Counted from the stretch's first letter, positions 10,616 to 20,166 are shown. The stretch is DNA of 64,000 bases from Candidatus Nomurabacteria bacterium (GCA_023267435.1 JAHFNH010000002.1:4219-68218); one strand, 5' to 3'. The notes: generated from the letters alone by a model not told the origin. Made by a program: numbers and translations.

Positions 10616-11746
10616 ATGAAAATAGTTTTTACAGGAGGTGGCACGGGCGGACATTTTTATCCGATCATTGCCGTCTCTCAAAAAGTCAATCAAATAATAG
10701 ATAATGAAAAGATAATAGGCGCGAAGCTTTATTATTTTTCTGATAGTCCTTATGATAAGGAAGCTCTTTTTGAAAATGGGCTTTTGTATGAGGAAATAAA
10801 CGCCGGAAAAATGCGTACTTATTTTTCTATAAAGAATTTTACCGACATTTTTAAAATGTTTTTCGGCGTTATCAATGCAATAATGAAATTATATTCAATC
10901 TATCCTGACGTTATTTTCGGTAAGGGTGGATACGCATCTTTTCCGACAATTCTCGCTGCTAGAATTTTAAACATACCTGTCATTATTCATGAATCAGATT
11001 CTGCACCGGGACGGGTAAATAAATGGGCGGGACGTTTTGCTAAAAGAGTGGCAGTATCATTCAACGAAGCGGCAGAATATTTTCCCAAAAATACCGTGGC
11101 TTGGATAGGTCAGCCGATAAGAACTGAAATAGAACATCCAGCTTTGCGCGAAGAAGCGCTTCAATATTTCAAATTAGAATCAGGTTTACCTGTCATTTTA
11201 ATCTTAGGAGGTTCTCAAGGAGCAGAACTTATAAATAATACTGTACTTGATGCTTTGCCAAGACTTGTAAAAAATTATCAAGTCATTCATCAGACTGGTG
11301 TTGTAAATTTTAAAATGGTTACAGGACGAGCTGATGTTGTTCTTTCTGATGATCCAAACAAATCAAGATACACCCCTGTCTCTTTTTTGAATCCTCTTGC
11401 GATGAAAATGGCTGCTGGTGCAGCGACAATCATCGTATCGAGAGCCGGTTCATTACTTTTTGAAATAGCTTCTTGGGGAGTGCCTTCAATTTTAATACCG
11501 ATAACCAAGACGAATATGGATCATCAAAGAAAAAATGCTTTCAATTATGCTCGCGCAGGCGCATGTAGCGTGGTAGAAGAAATGAATATGACTGCAAATA
11601 TTTTAAGTTCCGAAATCGAAAGAATAACAGGAGACAAGCAGACGTATGATCATATGGCTGAAAGCGCAAAAGCGTTCAACAAACCCGATGCAGCCGCTAA
11701 AATAGCCAGAGAGCTCGTAAATATCGCCCTTGGGCATGAGAAATAA
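10616..11746 (+). CDS. murG: Undecaprenyldiphospho-muramoylpentapeptide beta-N-acetylglucosaminyltransferase
   Basis: 'MKIVFTGGGTGGHFYPIIAV' is the GT28 MurG N-terminus, and there is a C-terminal 'GGSQGA' motif. Confidence 0.8.
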   Translation: MKIVFTGGGTGGHFYPIIAVSQKVNQIIDNEKIIGAKLYYFSDSPYDKEALFENGLLYEEINAGKMRTYFSIKNFTDIFKMFFGVINAIMKLYSIYPDVIFGKGGYASFPTILAARILNIPVIIHESDSAPGRVNKWAGRFAKRVAVSFNEAAEYFPKNTVAWIGQPIRTEIEHPALREEALQYFKLESGLPVILILGGSQGAELINNTVLDALPRLVKNYQVIHQTGVVNFKMVTGRADVVLSDDPNKSRYTPVSFLNPLAMKMAAGAATIIVSRAGSLLFEIASWGVPSILIPITKTNMDHQRKNAFNYARAGACSVVEEMNMTANILSSEIERITGDKQTYDHMAESAKAFNKPDAAAKIARELVNIALGHEK

Positions 11747-11748
11747 AA

Positions 11749-11778
11749 AAACACTATATTATTATAGTGTTTTTTTTG
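11749..11778. terminator. Bidirectional intrinsic terminator (murG / convergent minus-strand gene)
   Basis: Perfect hairpin aacactata-ttatt-tatagtgtt flanked by an A-run and a T-run. Confidence 0.7.
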
Positions 11779-11792
11779 ATTTAAATTATTTT

Positions 11793-12107
11793 TTACATTT
11801 TTACTACCAAAGAAATTTTTCCAAGAGTGTGTTTATTTCTAAGTAAATCATAAGGAATACTTATCCCTTTATTAATAGAAATTCTTTTTTCTTTGGAAAT
11901 ACGGCCAAGTCCTAAAGCATTAATTTTACCTTTTAAAGAGTGTTTTTTCTTCCATTCTTTAAGTTGCATTTTAGATGCATCTGTTAGATATTGAATAGCT
12001 TTTTCTTTTTCGGGTGCATTAAAGCAAAGTTCGAGTTGAGGTGCAAAAGCTACTTGTTGTCCAGATTCCTCGAAGAGGACATAATCAATAGTTAGTTTTC
12101 TGTTCAT
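11793..12107 (-). CDS. Hypothetical protein with a possible HicB-like fold
   Basis: 104 aa. The N-terminus 'TIDYVLFEESGQQVAFAPQLELCFNAPEKEKAIQ' resembles the HicB/RNaseH-like antitoxin N-domain pattern. No toxin partner is seen. Confidence 0.3.
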   Translation of the reverse strand: MNRKLTIDYVLFEESGQQVAFAPQLELCFNAPEKEKAIQYLTDASKMQLKEWKKKHSLKGKINALGLGRISKEKRISINKGISIPYDLLRNKHTLGKISLVVKM

Positions 12108-12228
12108 TTTTTTTAGTTTTTATGTTAAGTAACAATTAAATTTCTAATACAACAGTATCATGTAGTAATAAATAGGTCAATTCTTTATAATTCTTTTCCT
12201 AATCACTGAAAAATGCTAAAATATATGA

Positions 12229-13644
12229 ATGGAAAATAAAGTTGTCACAAGATTTGCCCCTTCGCCCACAGGTTTTATGCATGTGGGTAATTTGCGTACA
12301 GCTTTATATTCTTGGCTTTGGGCTAAGAAAAATAACGGCACTTTTATTTTAAGAATTGAAGATACAGACAAGGAAAGGGAAGTTGCAGGTGCTGAAGAAC
12401 ATATTATAAAAGTTTTAAAATGGGTTGGTTTGAATTGGGACGAAGGCCCGATTGTCGGCGGTCCGCAAAATTCCTACAAGCAATCAGAAAGATTAGATTT
12501 ATATAAAAAATACGCACAAACTTTAATAGATAAAGGCTTGGCTTATCCTGATCCTTACACAGCAGAGGAAGTTGAAGAATTTCGCAAAAAAGCTGAAGCA
12601 GATAAAAAAGCTTTTTTATATCGCGAACACAGGCCAGAAACTTTCGGAGTTTGGGATGGCACTAAACCTCTGCGTTTTAAAATTGAAAATATAAAACGCT
12701 ATGAATGGAATGATGTAGTTTTTGGCGATCTTTCGGCTGGACCAGAAGCATTGGACGATTTTATCTTAATTAAAAGCGATGGTTACCCGACTTATAACTT
12801 TTGTCACATTGTGGATGATATTGAAATGAATATTACTCATGTGATTCGCGGTCAAGAATACATCCCTTCTATTCCAAAATTTTTAGCTCTTTATGAAGCA
12901 TTAGGAGTGAAACCTCCAATTTTTGCCTGTTTACCTCACATTATGGGCAAAGATGGCCATAAAAAACTTGGTAAACGTGATGGAGCAAAAGATGCTTTTG
13001 AATATAAAGAAGAAGGTTATTTACCAGAAGCTTTAATAAACTTTTTAGCTTTATTGGGTTGGCATCCAAGTAGTGATCAAGAAGTGTTTACAGTCGAAGA
13101 ATTAATAAAAAGTTTTGAATTAGAAAGAATTCAAAAATCTGGAGCTCAGTGGAATGATGAAAAATTAGATTGGATAAATAAAGAACACATCAAAAAACTT
13201 TCTTCAGAAGAACTCCAGAAAAATATTTTTGAATGGCTACCGGAGAATTTGAGAATACAAAAAATTATTCCTCTTATAACAGAGAGAATTTCAAAGTTTG
13301 GAGATATTAAAAAAATGATTGAAATAGGGGAGTTAGACTTTTTGGTTAAACAGCCTGAGTATGCCAAAGAAAAATTAATTTTCAAAAACACTGCACCTGA
13401 AAAAATAAAGTCTAATTTACAACAGGCAATAAAAGCCTTAGAAAATATAGCTGAAAATGAGTTTACGTCCGAGAACGTTAAGGCTGCTTTAATGCAAATA
13501 GCTGACACACTAGAGAGTCGAGGAGAATTATTGCATCCAGTTCGTTTCGCATTGTCAGGACTGGATAAATCTCCCGATCCTTTTATTATTGCGGATATTT
13601 TAGGAAAAAATGAAACTATATCACGCTTACAAAAAGCAATTTAA
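12229..13644 (+). CDS. gltX: Glutamate--tRNA ligase
   Basis: 'RFAPSPTGFMHVGNLRTALYSWLWA...ILRIEDTD' class I GluRS signature, plus 'KLGKRDG' (KMSKS-like). Confidence 0.85.
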   Translation: MENKVVTRFAPSPTGFMHVGNLRTALYSWLWAKKNNGTFILRIEDTDKEREVAGAEEHIIKVLKWVGLNWDEGPIVGGPQNSYKQSERLDLYKKYAQTLIDKGLAYPDPYTAEEVEEFRKKAEADKKAFLYREHRPETFGVWDGTKPLRFKIENIKRYEWNDVVFGDLSAGPEALDDFILIKSDGYPTYNFCHIVDDIEMNITHVIRGQEYIPSIPKFLALYEALGVKPPIFACLPHIMGKDGHKKLGKRDGAKDAFEYKEEGYLPEALINFLALLGWHPSSDQEVFTVEELIKSFELERIQKSGAQWNDEKLDWINKEHIKKLSSEELQKNIFEWLPENLRIQKIIPLITERISKFGDIKKMIEIGELDFLVKQPEYAKEKLIFKNTAPEKIKSNLQQAIKALENIAENEFTSENVKAALMQIADTLESRGELLHPVRFALSGLDKSPDPFIIADILGKNETISRLQKAI

Positions 13645-14908
13645 TTTTTTTCTTTTAGTTATTATTTTGGTATTAATGCCAATCGTTTTTTCTTATGCGC
13701 AAACAGCGACAGAATTAAATAGTAAGATAGATCAAAAGAGCAAAGACATCGCGGCTTTGGAGCAAGAAATTAAGCAATATCAATCACAGCTTGATGATTT
13801 AGGTAAACAAAAAAGTTCCTTGAATGGTTCTTTGAAAGAACTTGATATCACTCGCAAAAAATTAATTGCTGATATTTCTGTAACTCAAAATAAAATTGAT
13901 CAAACAAATTACAAGATCGAAGATTTAAATTCTCAGATAGGCAATAAAGAAGATATTATTTCAAGTGATATTGTTGCCATAAAAGATCAAATAGTTAAGA
14001 CCAATGAGCTTGAGCTTGATTCGATAGTTGTAAACGTTCTTTCTGAAAAAAATATCAGTGATGCGTGGAATGATATAGACAATATGGCCACAGTCCGTGA
14101 AAAAATAAGACAAAAAATTGTTGAATTAAAACAAATAAAAGGAGAATTGGAAGATACAAGAAAAGAAACAACGGATGCCAGAAATCAATTGGTTTCTCTT
14201 AAGAATGAGTTGGCTGATCAGAAAAAGATAGTCGATCAAAATACTAATGATAAAAAGAAACTTTTAGCGCAAACAAAAAACAATGAAGCCAATTATCAGA
14301 AATTATTAAAAGATAGATTGGCTAAAAAAGATGCTTTTGAAAAAGATTTGCGTGATTATGAATCACAATTGAAATTTATTCTTGATCCTTCTAAGCTTCC
14401 TAGTAGCGGAGTTTTGAGCTGGCCGTTGGATAATATTTTTATAACTCAAATGTTCGGTAAAACTGAGGCCGGTAAGCGCTTATATGCCAACGGTACGCAT
14501 AATGGAATGGATTTTCGTGCTTCTGTCGGTACACCAGTGAAAGCTATGGCAGACGGTGTTGTGGCTGGTATTGGTGATACTGATGTTCAGTGTCCAGGAG
14601 TTTCTTTTGGACGTTTTACTCTCATTAAGTATGATAACGGTCTAGCAAGCACTTATGGGCACTTGTCGCTTATAAAAGTAGCCACTGGAGATAGAGTCTC
14701 TCGGGGCCAAATTGTTGGTTATAGTGGAAATACTGGATATTATACAGGACCGCATTTACATGTCTCGGTTTATGCGCGTGACGCCGTTAATTTGAAGACT
14801 TTGCCAAGTAAATCATGTCCCGGCCATGTTTTGACTCAACCAATATCTGCTGTTAATGCATATCTTGATCCGGCTTATTATCTGCCTCCTTATAATTATA
14901 AAAATTAA
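13610..14908 (+). CDS. M23-family metallopeptidase with N-terminal coiled coil (EnvC/NlpD-like)
   Basis: Signal peptide; ~230 aa coiled-coil region; C-terminal 'HNGMDF...GTPV...YGHLS...GNTGYYTGPHLH' LytM/M23 motifs. The start overlaps the gltX 3' end by 35 nt. Confidence 0.75.
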   Translation: MKLYHAYKKQFNFFLLVIILVLMPIVFSYAQTATELNSKIDQKSKDIAALEQEIKQYQSQLDDLGKQKSSLNGSLKELDITRKKLIADISVTQNKIDQTNYKIEDLNSQIGNKEDIISSDIVAIKDQIVKTNELELDSIVVNVLSEKNISDAWNDIDNMATVREKIRQKIVELKQIKGELEDTRKETTDARNQLVSLKNELADQKKIVDQNTNDKKKLLAQTKNNEANYQKLLKDRLAKKDAFEKDLRDYESQLKFILDPSKLPSSGVLSWPLDNIFITQMFGKTEAGKRLYANGTHNGMDFRASVGTPVKAMADGVVAGIGDTDVQCPGVSFGRFTLIKYDNGLASTYGHLSLIKVATGDRVSRGQIVGYSGNTGYYTGPHLHVSVYARDAVNLKTLPSKSCPGHVLTQPISAVNAYLDPAYYLPPYNYKN

Positions 14909-14959
14909 TTAACAATTTGTGTGTTGTTTTGAGCTGATGTTTGATGATATAATGTGATT

Positions 14960-15112
14960 ATGAATATAAAGAATATAGAAAATAAAGAAGGCGGATTTTT
15001 AAGAATAATCCTTTTCATAATTGTAGTTGTGTTTTTGATGAGTTATTTTCATATTACCGTAACTATGGTTTTCCATTGGTTTGTAACGATGTTCCATAAT
15101 GTTTTTTCATAA
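14960..15112 (+). CDS. Small single-pass membrane protein, truncated paralog of the next two genes
   Basis: 50 aa and not in the ORF track. 'KEGGFLRIILFIIVVVFLMSYFHITV' parallels 'KKGGISILGILFLTVILIFVLSYFNISL' in the next gene. Confidence 0.4.
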   Translation: MNIKNIENKEGGFLRIILFIIVVVFLMSYFHITVTMVFHWFVTMFHNVFS

Positions 15113-15115
15113 AAC

Positions 15116-15445
15116 ATGAAAAATAAATCAAATAAAAAAGGCGGAATAAGCATACTAGGAATATTGTTTCTAACTGTTATTTTAATTTTTGTTTTAAGTT
15201 ATTTCAATATAAGTTTGAAAGCTATTGTTGAGAATCCTAATACCCAAAATAATTTCAGTTATGCTGGTTATGTCGGTAGAAGTTTATGGAATGATTATTT
15301 ATCAAAACCAGTATCAGATGTATTAGGCGGAATTACAGTGAAAACAATTTGGGATGGTTTTATTTCAAATATGCAAAATATTCATGATGGCAAGCCTACA
15401 GACTTTCAAAAACTAGCTCCAATTGTCAAATTTAATTCAAATTGA
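15116..15445 (+). CDS. Small single-pass membrane protein (paralog family, C-terminal SNMQxIHDGKPTD motif)
   Basis: 109 aa with an N-terminal TM helix. The C-terminal 'FISNMQNIHDGKPTDFQKLAP' is shared with the downstream gene. Confidence 0.5.
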   Translation: MKNKSNKKGGISILGILFLTVILIFVLSYFNISLKAIVENPNTQNNFSYAGYVGRSLWNDYLSKPVSDVLGGITVKTIWDGFISNMQNIHDGKPTDFQKLAPIVKFNSN

Positions 15446-15475
15446 TTTTTCTATACTAGGGGTTATAATTTAAGT

Positions 15476-15676
15476 ATGAAAAGAATAGGTGATCAGAGCA
15501 GGGGATTTATCCAGGCCATGATCTCCATCGCCATAATGGTGATTATCTTTTATCTCGTTGTAAATACGGCCTTATTCAAGTTCTTTTGGAATTCTTTTGT
15601 CTCAAATATGCAAAGAATTCACGATGGTAAACCGACAGATTGGCAACTCGCTGCACCTAGAGCAGTGTTTAAATAA
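15476..15676 (+). CDS. Small single-pass membrane protein (paralog family)
   Basis: 66 aa with a TM helix. The C-terminal 'FVSNMQRIHDGKPTDWQLAAP' is nearly identical to the motif in the upstream gene. Confidence 0.5.
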   Translation: MKRIGDQSRGFIQAMISIAIMVIIFYLVVNTALFKFFWNSFVSNMQRIHDGKPTDWQLAAPRAVFK

Positions 15677-15677
15677 T

Positions 15678-15712
15678 TTGACTATTATATTTTTATATGT
15701 TAGAATTCTAAC
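15678..15712 (+). promoter_or_regulatory. Sigma70-like promoter (TTGACT-17-TAGAAT) with a 14-bp perfect palindrome GTTAGAATTCTAAC over the -10
   Basis: Read directly: TTGACT at 15678-15683, a 17-bp spacer, then TAGAAT inside the palindrome at 15699-15712. It lies upstream of the gene at 15765. Confidence 0.4.
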
Positions 15713-15764
15713 GAAGGGAAGTTAGCTCTTTTAAAAATAAATATAAACCAAAAATAAAACGAAA

Positions 15765-16601
15765 ATGAGGAAAGTAATTTTTTTGTTGTGCTTGTTAACT
15801 CAGACAGTTAGCGCGCAACACGGTAAGATGTCGGTGTCGTTTTGTTCTGGCACAGATAAAATAAATTTTAACGGAGGTGATTTTATTAATCAGGATTCAA
15901 TAAATTTTTACGATCATTCGACTGGTAAAATTACCAAATGGAAATGGGAATTCGATGGAGCGGAAAATCCTGTTCTGGAATATGACAAATTTCGTCCAGT
16001 AGTGAGTGCTAAATGGAAAAAAGATGGTCGCTATAAAGTGAAGTTAACAACTTTTAATTCAAAAGGTGATTACAGTACTTTTGGTGTAACAATCTATGTA
16101 AAATTTATTAGCACAGAACCAGAAGAAAAAAAACAGAAAAAAGATTACCTTTCTTTGTTTGTTGGTCCTACAGCTGAATTCATTTTTCCGACACAAAAAG
16201 GGAATTCAAATGAAACTTTTTTAGGTGGAATGAGTGGACTTATAATCAAACCGCATAGTAAATGGACTTCGAATATTACAGTGGGTTATTTTTTGGAACA
16301 TAATATTGGATCATCAGTATCTAAGAAATTTTCGGGATTATATACCAATATAATGGTTCCTGTATCAAAAAAGGGTCATGTAATGTTCGGACCTACATTT
16401 CGGGTCGGAAAATACGTTCAAGGGTCTACAAAAGGGTTCGCTAAGGCATTTGGGTTACAAATGAATTATTTACCTAATAAGACTTTAACACCTAAAGGAC
16501 CAATCGATATGCGATTACAGATCGCTTCAGCCGTTGAAGTTTTTAATGTCAGCGATGTTTCTGGTTCCTTAACAGTTTTATTTGATTTTGGTTTGAGATA
16601 G
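15765..16601 (+). CDS. Secreted protein with an N-terminal PKD-like domain
   Basis: Signal peptide 'MRKVIFLLCLLTQTVSAQ'. 'WKWEFDGAENP...GRYKVKLTTFNSKGDYS' follows the PKD pattern W.FGDG...G.Y.V.L. The C-terminal half is beta-rich. Confidence 0.45.
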   Translation: MRKVIFLLCLLTQTVSAQHGKMSVSFCSGTDKINFNGGDFINQDSINFYDHSTGKITKWKWEFDGAENPVLEYDKFRPVVSAKWKKDGRYKVKLTTFNSKGDYSTFGVTIYVKFISTEPEEKKQKKDYLSLFVGPTAEFIFPTQKGNSNETFLGGMSGLIIKPHSKWTSNITVGYFLEHNIGSSVSKKFSGLYTNIMVPVSKKGHVMFGPTFRVGKYVQGSTKGFAKAFGLQMNYLPNKTLTPKGPIDMRLQIASAVEVFNVSDVSGSLTVLFDFGLR

Positions 16602-16755
16602 TTAGTTTAATTTAGTTTTATTACAGAAAAGCCTTCTTTTAATTAAGAGGGCTTTTTTATTATCTTTATTATATATGCTATGTCGCAAAGATATATTGTG
16701 CGACATCCTCATAATAATTCCCCTTTAAAAAATAAAGCTATAAAACCGGCTTTTA

Positions 16756-17706
16756 TTATATTGCAGGCTCATGTTTAGTAATGCAATCATTATAAAGTTT
16801 CACTTGCCTATTATATTCGGCAGTTTCTTCTTTTAGTTTTATAATTTCTTGATTATAAACGCCAATTCTATCATTGTAGTTATTTATGTCTTTTTCGTAT
16901 TCAGGATTCGTTTTATCTAAAATGTTCTCTATAGAGCTTTTTAATGCGTTTAAATTAACTGATTCAGCATCTAACTGTATCTTTTTACTGCTTGCTTCTT
17001 CTTTTAACTTTAAATCAACTCCCGGGCAAATATTTGAGGATAAACCGAAATGTTGCACGGCGACCCAAATATTTTTTCCTTGATAAAATCCTTTCTTAAC
17101 TGATACCCCAATCTCTTTATACTGACTCTTTAAAATATTTGCGCGATGACCTGGGCTTGCCATCCAAGCATCCACCAAATCGCGATCATTTTCAAAATCA
17201 CCCATTGCAAGATTTTCGCCGATTAAAATGAAATCATACTCACTCTCCTTGCTCAAATCTTCTATTGTCGTGCCATTTGGCGAAACATGCTCGAAATATT
17301 GTTTTTGAAAAATATCATTTAATTTTATTTCAGCAGAATTGTCTAATTTTGAATTCTCAGAAAGAGATGTAAATCCATAACGTTCTCTCTGAATATTTGT
17401 CAGTAAAATAATTCCTTTTGCATCTAAAAAACCGGAATTTTCAAAAAGATAGCTTGGGCTAGATATTTCTTCTGTTTTTGTTTTTAAAAGTGGCGGAGGC
17501 GTGAATAATTCTTTTTGTTTAGCTTGTATCACCTCTTGTTTTACTTCTGTTTTAGTATCTGGCTGTACATTTTGTTTTATTTCTTCTTGATTACTATTTC
17601 CAAAATAAACTGGATTAGAAAATTGCAAAAATAAAAATCTGATGCCAAGCAACAAAAAAATTCCAATTAAAAAAGAAACTCTTATTTTTCTGTTAATTTT
17701 TTTCAT
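16756..17706 (-). CDS. Membrane-anchored CAP/SCP/PR-1 (YkwD-like) domain protein with C-terminal coiled coil
   Basis: N-terminal TM, a Pro-rich linker, and the CAP motifs 'VDAWMASPGHRANIL...YKEIGV'. Confidence 0.6.
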   Translation of the reverse strand: MKKINRKIRVSFLIGIFLLLGIRFLFLQFSNPVYFGNSNQEEIKQNVQPDTKTEVKQEVIQAKQKELFTPPPLLKTKTEEISSPSYLFENSGFLDAKGIILLTNIQRERYGFTSLSENSKLDNSAEIKLNDIFQKQYFEHVSPNGTTIEDLSKESEYDFILIGENLAMGDFENDRDLVDAWMASPGHRANILKSQYKEIGVSVKKGFYQGKNIWVAVQHFGLSSNICPGVDLKLKEEASSKKIQLDAESVNLNALKSSIENILDKTNPEYEKDINNYNDRIGVYNQEIIKLKEETAEYNRQVKLYNDCITKHEPAI

Positions 17707-17708
17707 TT

Positions 17709-18086
17709 TTATTTACAAGAACTTGAAAGCTCATAACCGGCTTTTTCAGCTTCGGCTGGTGAGTTAAAATAAATTTTATTACCATCTTTAATGGTTTTTC
17801 CAGCTGAACATCCAGAGGGATAATATTTGTGTCCATTTTTAGATGCAAAATAATTTTGGGAAGTTTTTGTAGAAATAATGCTATTTGGAGACGTATTTAG
17901 TGTAGTATTCGACAAACCAACGGTGGCATTTTCCTGGGTTGGATATTCTATTTTGATACCCGAAGATGAACTTTCTTTTGATAATCTGCCAATTCCAAAA
18001 CAGCTCAAGCCCACCAGAACAACGATAAGAATCGTCAAAGCATCCTTTCCCCCATCACTTTCTATAAATTGCTTGATTTTTTTCAC
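17709..18086 (-). CDS. Membrane-anchored protein with a C-terminal Cys motif (YYPSGC...IYFNSPAEAEKAGYE...C)
   Basis: 125 aa with one TM. The C-terminal pattern loosely resembles Ada-type metal-binding modules. It abuts the CAP protein, so probably one operon. Confidence 0.35.
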   Translation of the reverse strand: MKKIKQFIESDGGKDALTILIVVLVGLSCFGIGRLSKESSSSGIKIEYPTQENATVGLSNTTLNTSPNSIISTKTSQNYFASKNGHKYYPSGCSAGKTIKDGNKIYFNSPAEAEKAGYELSSSCK

Positions 18087-18155
18087 GGAATTGTTTATAC
18101 TCTATCTACGTTAGTTATAAAAGAATTTTACCATTAAATAATATAAAAGCAATAT

Positions 18156-18428
18156 ATGGCACATAGAAAGGCCGGCGGAACCGCCAAAAATTTAAGAGAC
18201 TCCAATCCAAAGTACCTAGGTACTAAACTTGCTGATGGCCAAAAAGCTCAGTCTGGTTCTATTATTATTCGTCAGAGAGGTACAGCTATTATGGCTGGTA
18301 CTAATGTCGGTATCGGTAAAGATCATACTCTTTTCGCTCTAAAACCAGGAACTGTAAAATTTGGTTCCAAACGAAAAACATCTTTCAATGGAAAGACTAC
18401 AGTTAAGAAAGTGGTAAACGTAATATAA
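18156..18428 (+). CDS. rpmA: 50S ribosomal protein L27
   Basis: '[29 protein letters not shown]...IIIRQRGT...GKDHTLFAL' is the canonical L27. Confidence 0.9.
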   Translation: MAHRKAGGTAKNLRDSNPKYLGTKLADGQKAQSGSIIIRQRGTAIMAGTNVGIGKDHTLFALKPGTVKFGSKRKTSFNGKTTVKKVVNVI

Positions 18429-18444
18429 AAATTTCAATAAAAAA

Positions 18445-18475
18445 ATCCTCTGCTAGCTAGCAGAGGATTTTTTTA
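18445..18475. terminator. Bidirectional intrinsic terminator (rpmA / rplI)
   Basis: 24-nt perfect palindrome atcctctgctag|ctagcagaggat with an A-run upstream and a T-run downstream. Confidence 0.75.
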
Positions 18476-18916
18476 TATTTCTTCTACTTTTAGTTTAAAA
18501 GAAGATTTCTTTCCTTTTATTTGGATTGGTATTTCAAACTCCCCTATTTCTTTTATTGGTTTTTCTAAAACGATGAATTCTTCGTTGATTTCAGCTCGGT
18601 GTTCTAATTTCATCGCATCTACAATTTCTTTTTTATGAATTGCAGAAAAAAGATTTCCCTTCTCATTCGCCTTCCCTTTTATAGTGATTACTTTTCCTTT
18701 TATTTCCTCTAAATTTTTCATTAAAAGTTCTTCCTGAATTTCTCTTTCAACTACAATTTCTTTTTTTCTTTTTTCAAGATCTGATATTGCTTGAGCTGTA
18801 GCTGGTATTGCAAGTTGCCTTGGCAATAAAAAATTTGCGGCATAACCGTCGTTTACTTCTTTTATGTCGTGTCTTTTTCCAACTTTCGGAACATCTTTTG
18901 TTAAGATTACTTTCAT
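18473..18916 (-). CDS. rplI: 50S ribosomal protein L9
   Basis: 'MKVILTKDVPKVGKRHDIKEVNDGYAANFLLPRQLA' is the L9 N-domain. Confidence 0.85.
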   Translation of the reverse strand: MKVILTKDVPKVGKRHDIKEVNDGYAANFLLPRQLAIPATAQAISDLEKRKKEIVVEREIQEELLMKNLEEIKGKVITIKGKANEKGNLFSAIHKKEIVDAMKLEHRAEINEEFIVLEKPIKEIGEFEIPIQIKGKKSSFKLKVEEI

Positions 18917-18933
18917 TTTATTGATTATTTTAA

Positions 18934-20142
18934 TTAATTCTTTAATAATTCAACTGCTTTGTCTAATTGTGGATCTTTTTTCTGATCAGCATCTTTCTGT
19001 GTATACTCTACAGCATAATCTGGTGTTAACCCTTTTTCAGAGATTGAATTACCTTTTGGTGTCAACCATTTTGCTACTGTAATTTTCAAAATAGTATCTG
19101 GTGTTATGTTTACGACTTCCTGTACAGATCCCTTGCCATAACTCTTAGTACCAACTAACTTTGCTTTTCCATAGTCCTGCATAGCGCCAGCAAGAATTTC
19201 TGATGCTGAGGCTGATCCGCTATCAATCAAAATTACAAACTTTAATTGATCACTAAAAATGTTGTAACCCGCACTTCTATAATCTTTAGAAGGTTCATTG
19301 TTTCCATAATCTTCAGTCACTACAACTTTGCCTGGTGGCAAAAACCAACTAGCCATGCTTACTGCAGCATCAAGATAACCACCTGGATTTCCCCTCAAAT
19401 CAAGAAGTAGTTTGTCGCTCTTTGAATCAACAAATTTTTTCATTGCATCTTGGAAAAGACTAGCTGAGTTGGCAGAGAAACTGTAAAGTTTTATCACAAA
19501 AATTCCATCAGAACGGACTTCAGTATCAAGTGTTGGAATATTAATAGTATCACGCACAAGTTTTATTTCTCTTGGCTGTTTTTCACCATTGCGGAAAATA
19601 GTAAGTGCAACCGTTGTGCCTTTTTCACCACGGATAAGTTTTATTGCTTTTTCAATACTCAAATCAGAAGTTACTTTTGAATCAATTTTTAAAATTTTGT
19701 CTCCTGGCTTTATATTAGCTTTGTAGGCTGGACTATCTTTAAGTGGAGCTATGACTGTGAGTATTTTGTCTTTAATGCCGACTTCCATTCCCACACCGCT
19801 GAAATTTCCAGCTATACTATCTTCAAACATCTTTGCTTCGTCTGGAGAAAAGAATACGCTATATGGATCATTTAAAGAGCCCATGAGGCCTGAAATTGCC
19901 CCATAAACCCTATCTTGGTCACTTACTTTAGAAGCTCCCGGATATTTTTCATTGATAGTGTTCCAAACTTTCCAAAATGGTGAAAAATCAGCTTGTGTTT
20001 GGACAGCAGTGTCTTTGCTGGATAATTCTACTTTGCTTATTTCAGGGCGATTATGAAAACCTACATAAACTCCAAAAGCGAAAAAAATCGCAATTACCAA
20101 GATTAAGGAATCGGTTATTTTATTTTTTAAATTTTCGAACAT
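18934..20142 (-). CDS. ctpA: Carboxyl-terminal processing protease (S41) with PDZ domain
   Basis: N-terminal TM; PDZ 'GVGMEVGIKDKILTVIAPLKDSPAYKANIKPGDKI'; S41 core 'DLRGNPGGYL' with 'SASASE'. Confidence 0.8.
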   Translation of the reverse strand: MFENLKNKITDSLILVIAIFFAFGVYVGFHNRPEISKVELSSKDTAVQTQADFSPFWKVWNTINEKYPGASKVSDQDRVYGAISGLMGSLNDPYSVFFSPDEAKMFEDSIAGNFSGVGMEVGIKDKILTVIAPLKDSPAYKANIKPGDKILKIDSKVTSDLSIEKAIKLIRGEKGTTVALTIFRNGEKQPREIKLVRDTINIPTLDTEVRSDGIFVIKLYSFSANSASLFQDAMKKFVDSKSDKLLLDLRGNPGGYLDAAVSMASWFLPPGKVVVTEDYGNNEPSKDYRSAGYNIFSDQLKFVILIDSGSASASEILAGAMQDYGKAKLVGTKSYGKGSVQEVVNITPDTILKITVAKWLTPKGNSISEKGLTPDYAVEYTQKDADQKKDPQLDKAVELLKN

Positions 20143-20166
20143 GTAAAGGTGATTATATCAGATTTT

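Noticed and set aside
13610-15676. M23 peptidase plus small single-TM proteins as a phage lysin/holin (prophage) module
   Set aside because: The M23 protein has a long EnvC-type coiled coil and a signal peptide, typical of a cell-division amidase activator. There are no phage structural, integrase or terminase genes nearby.
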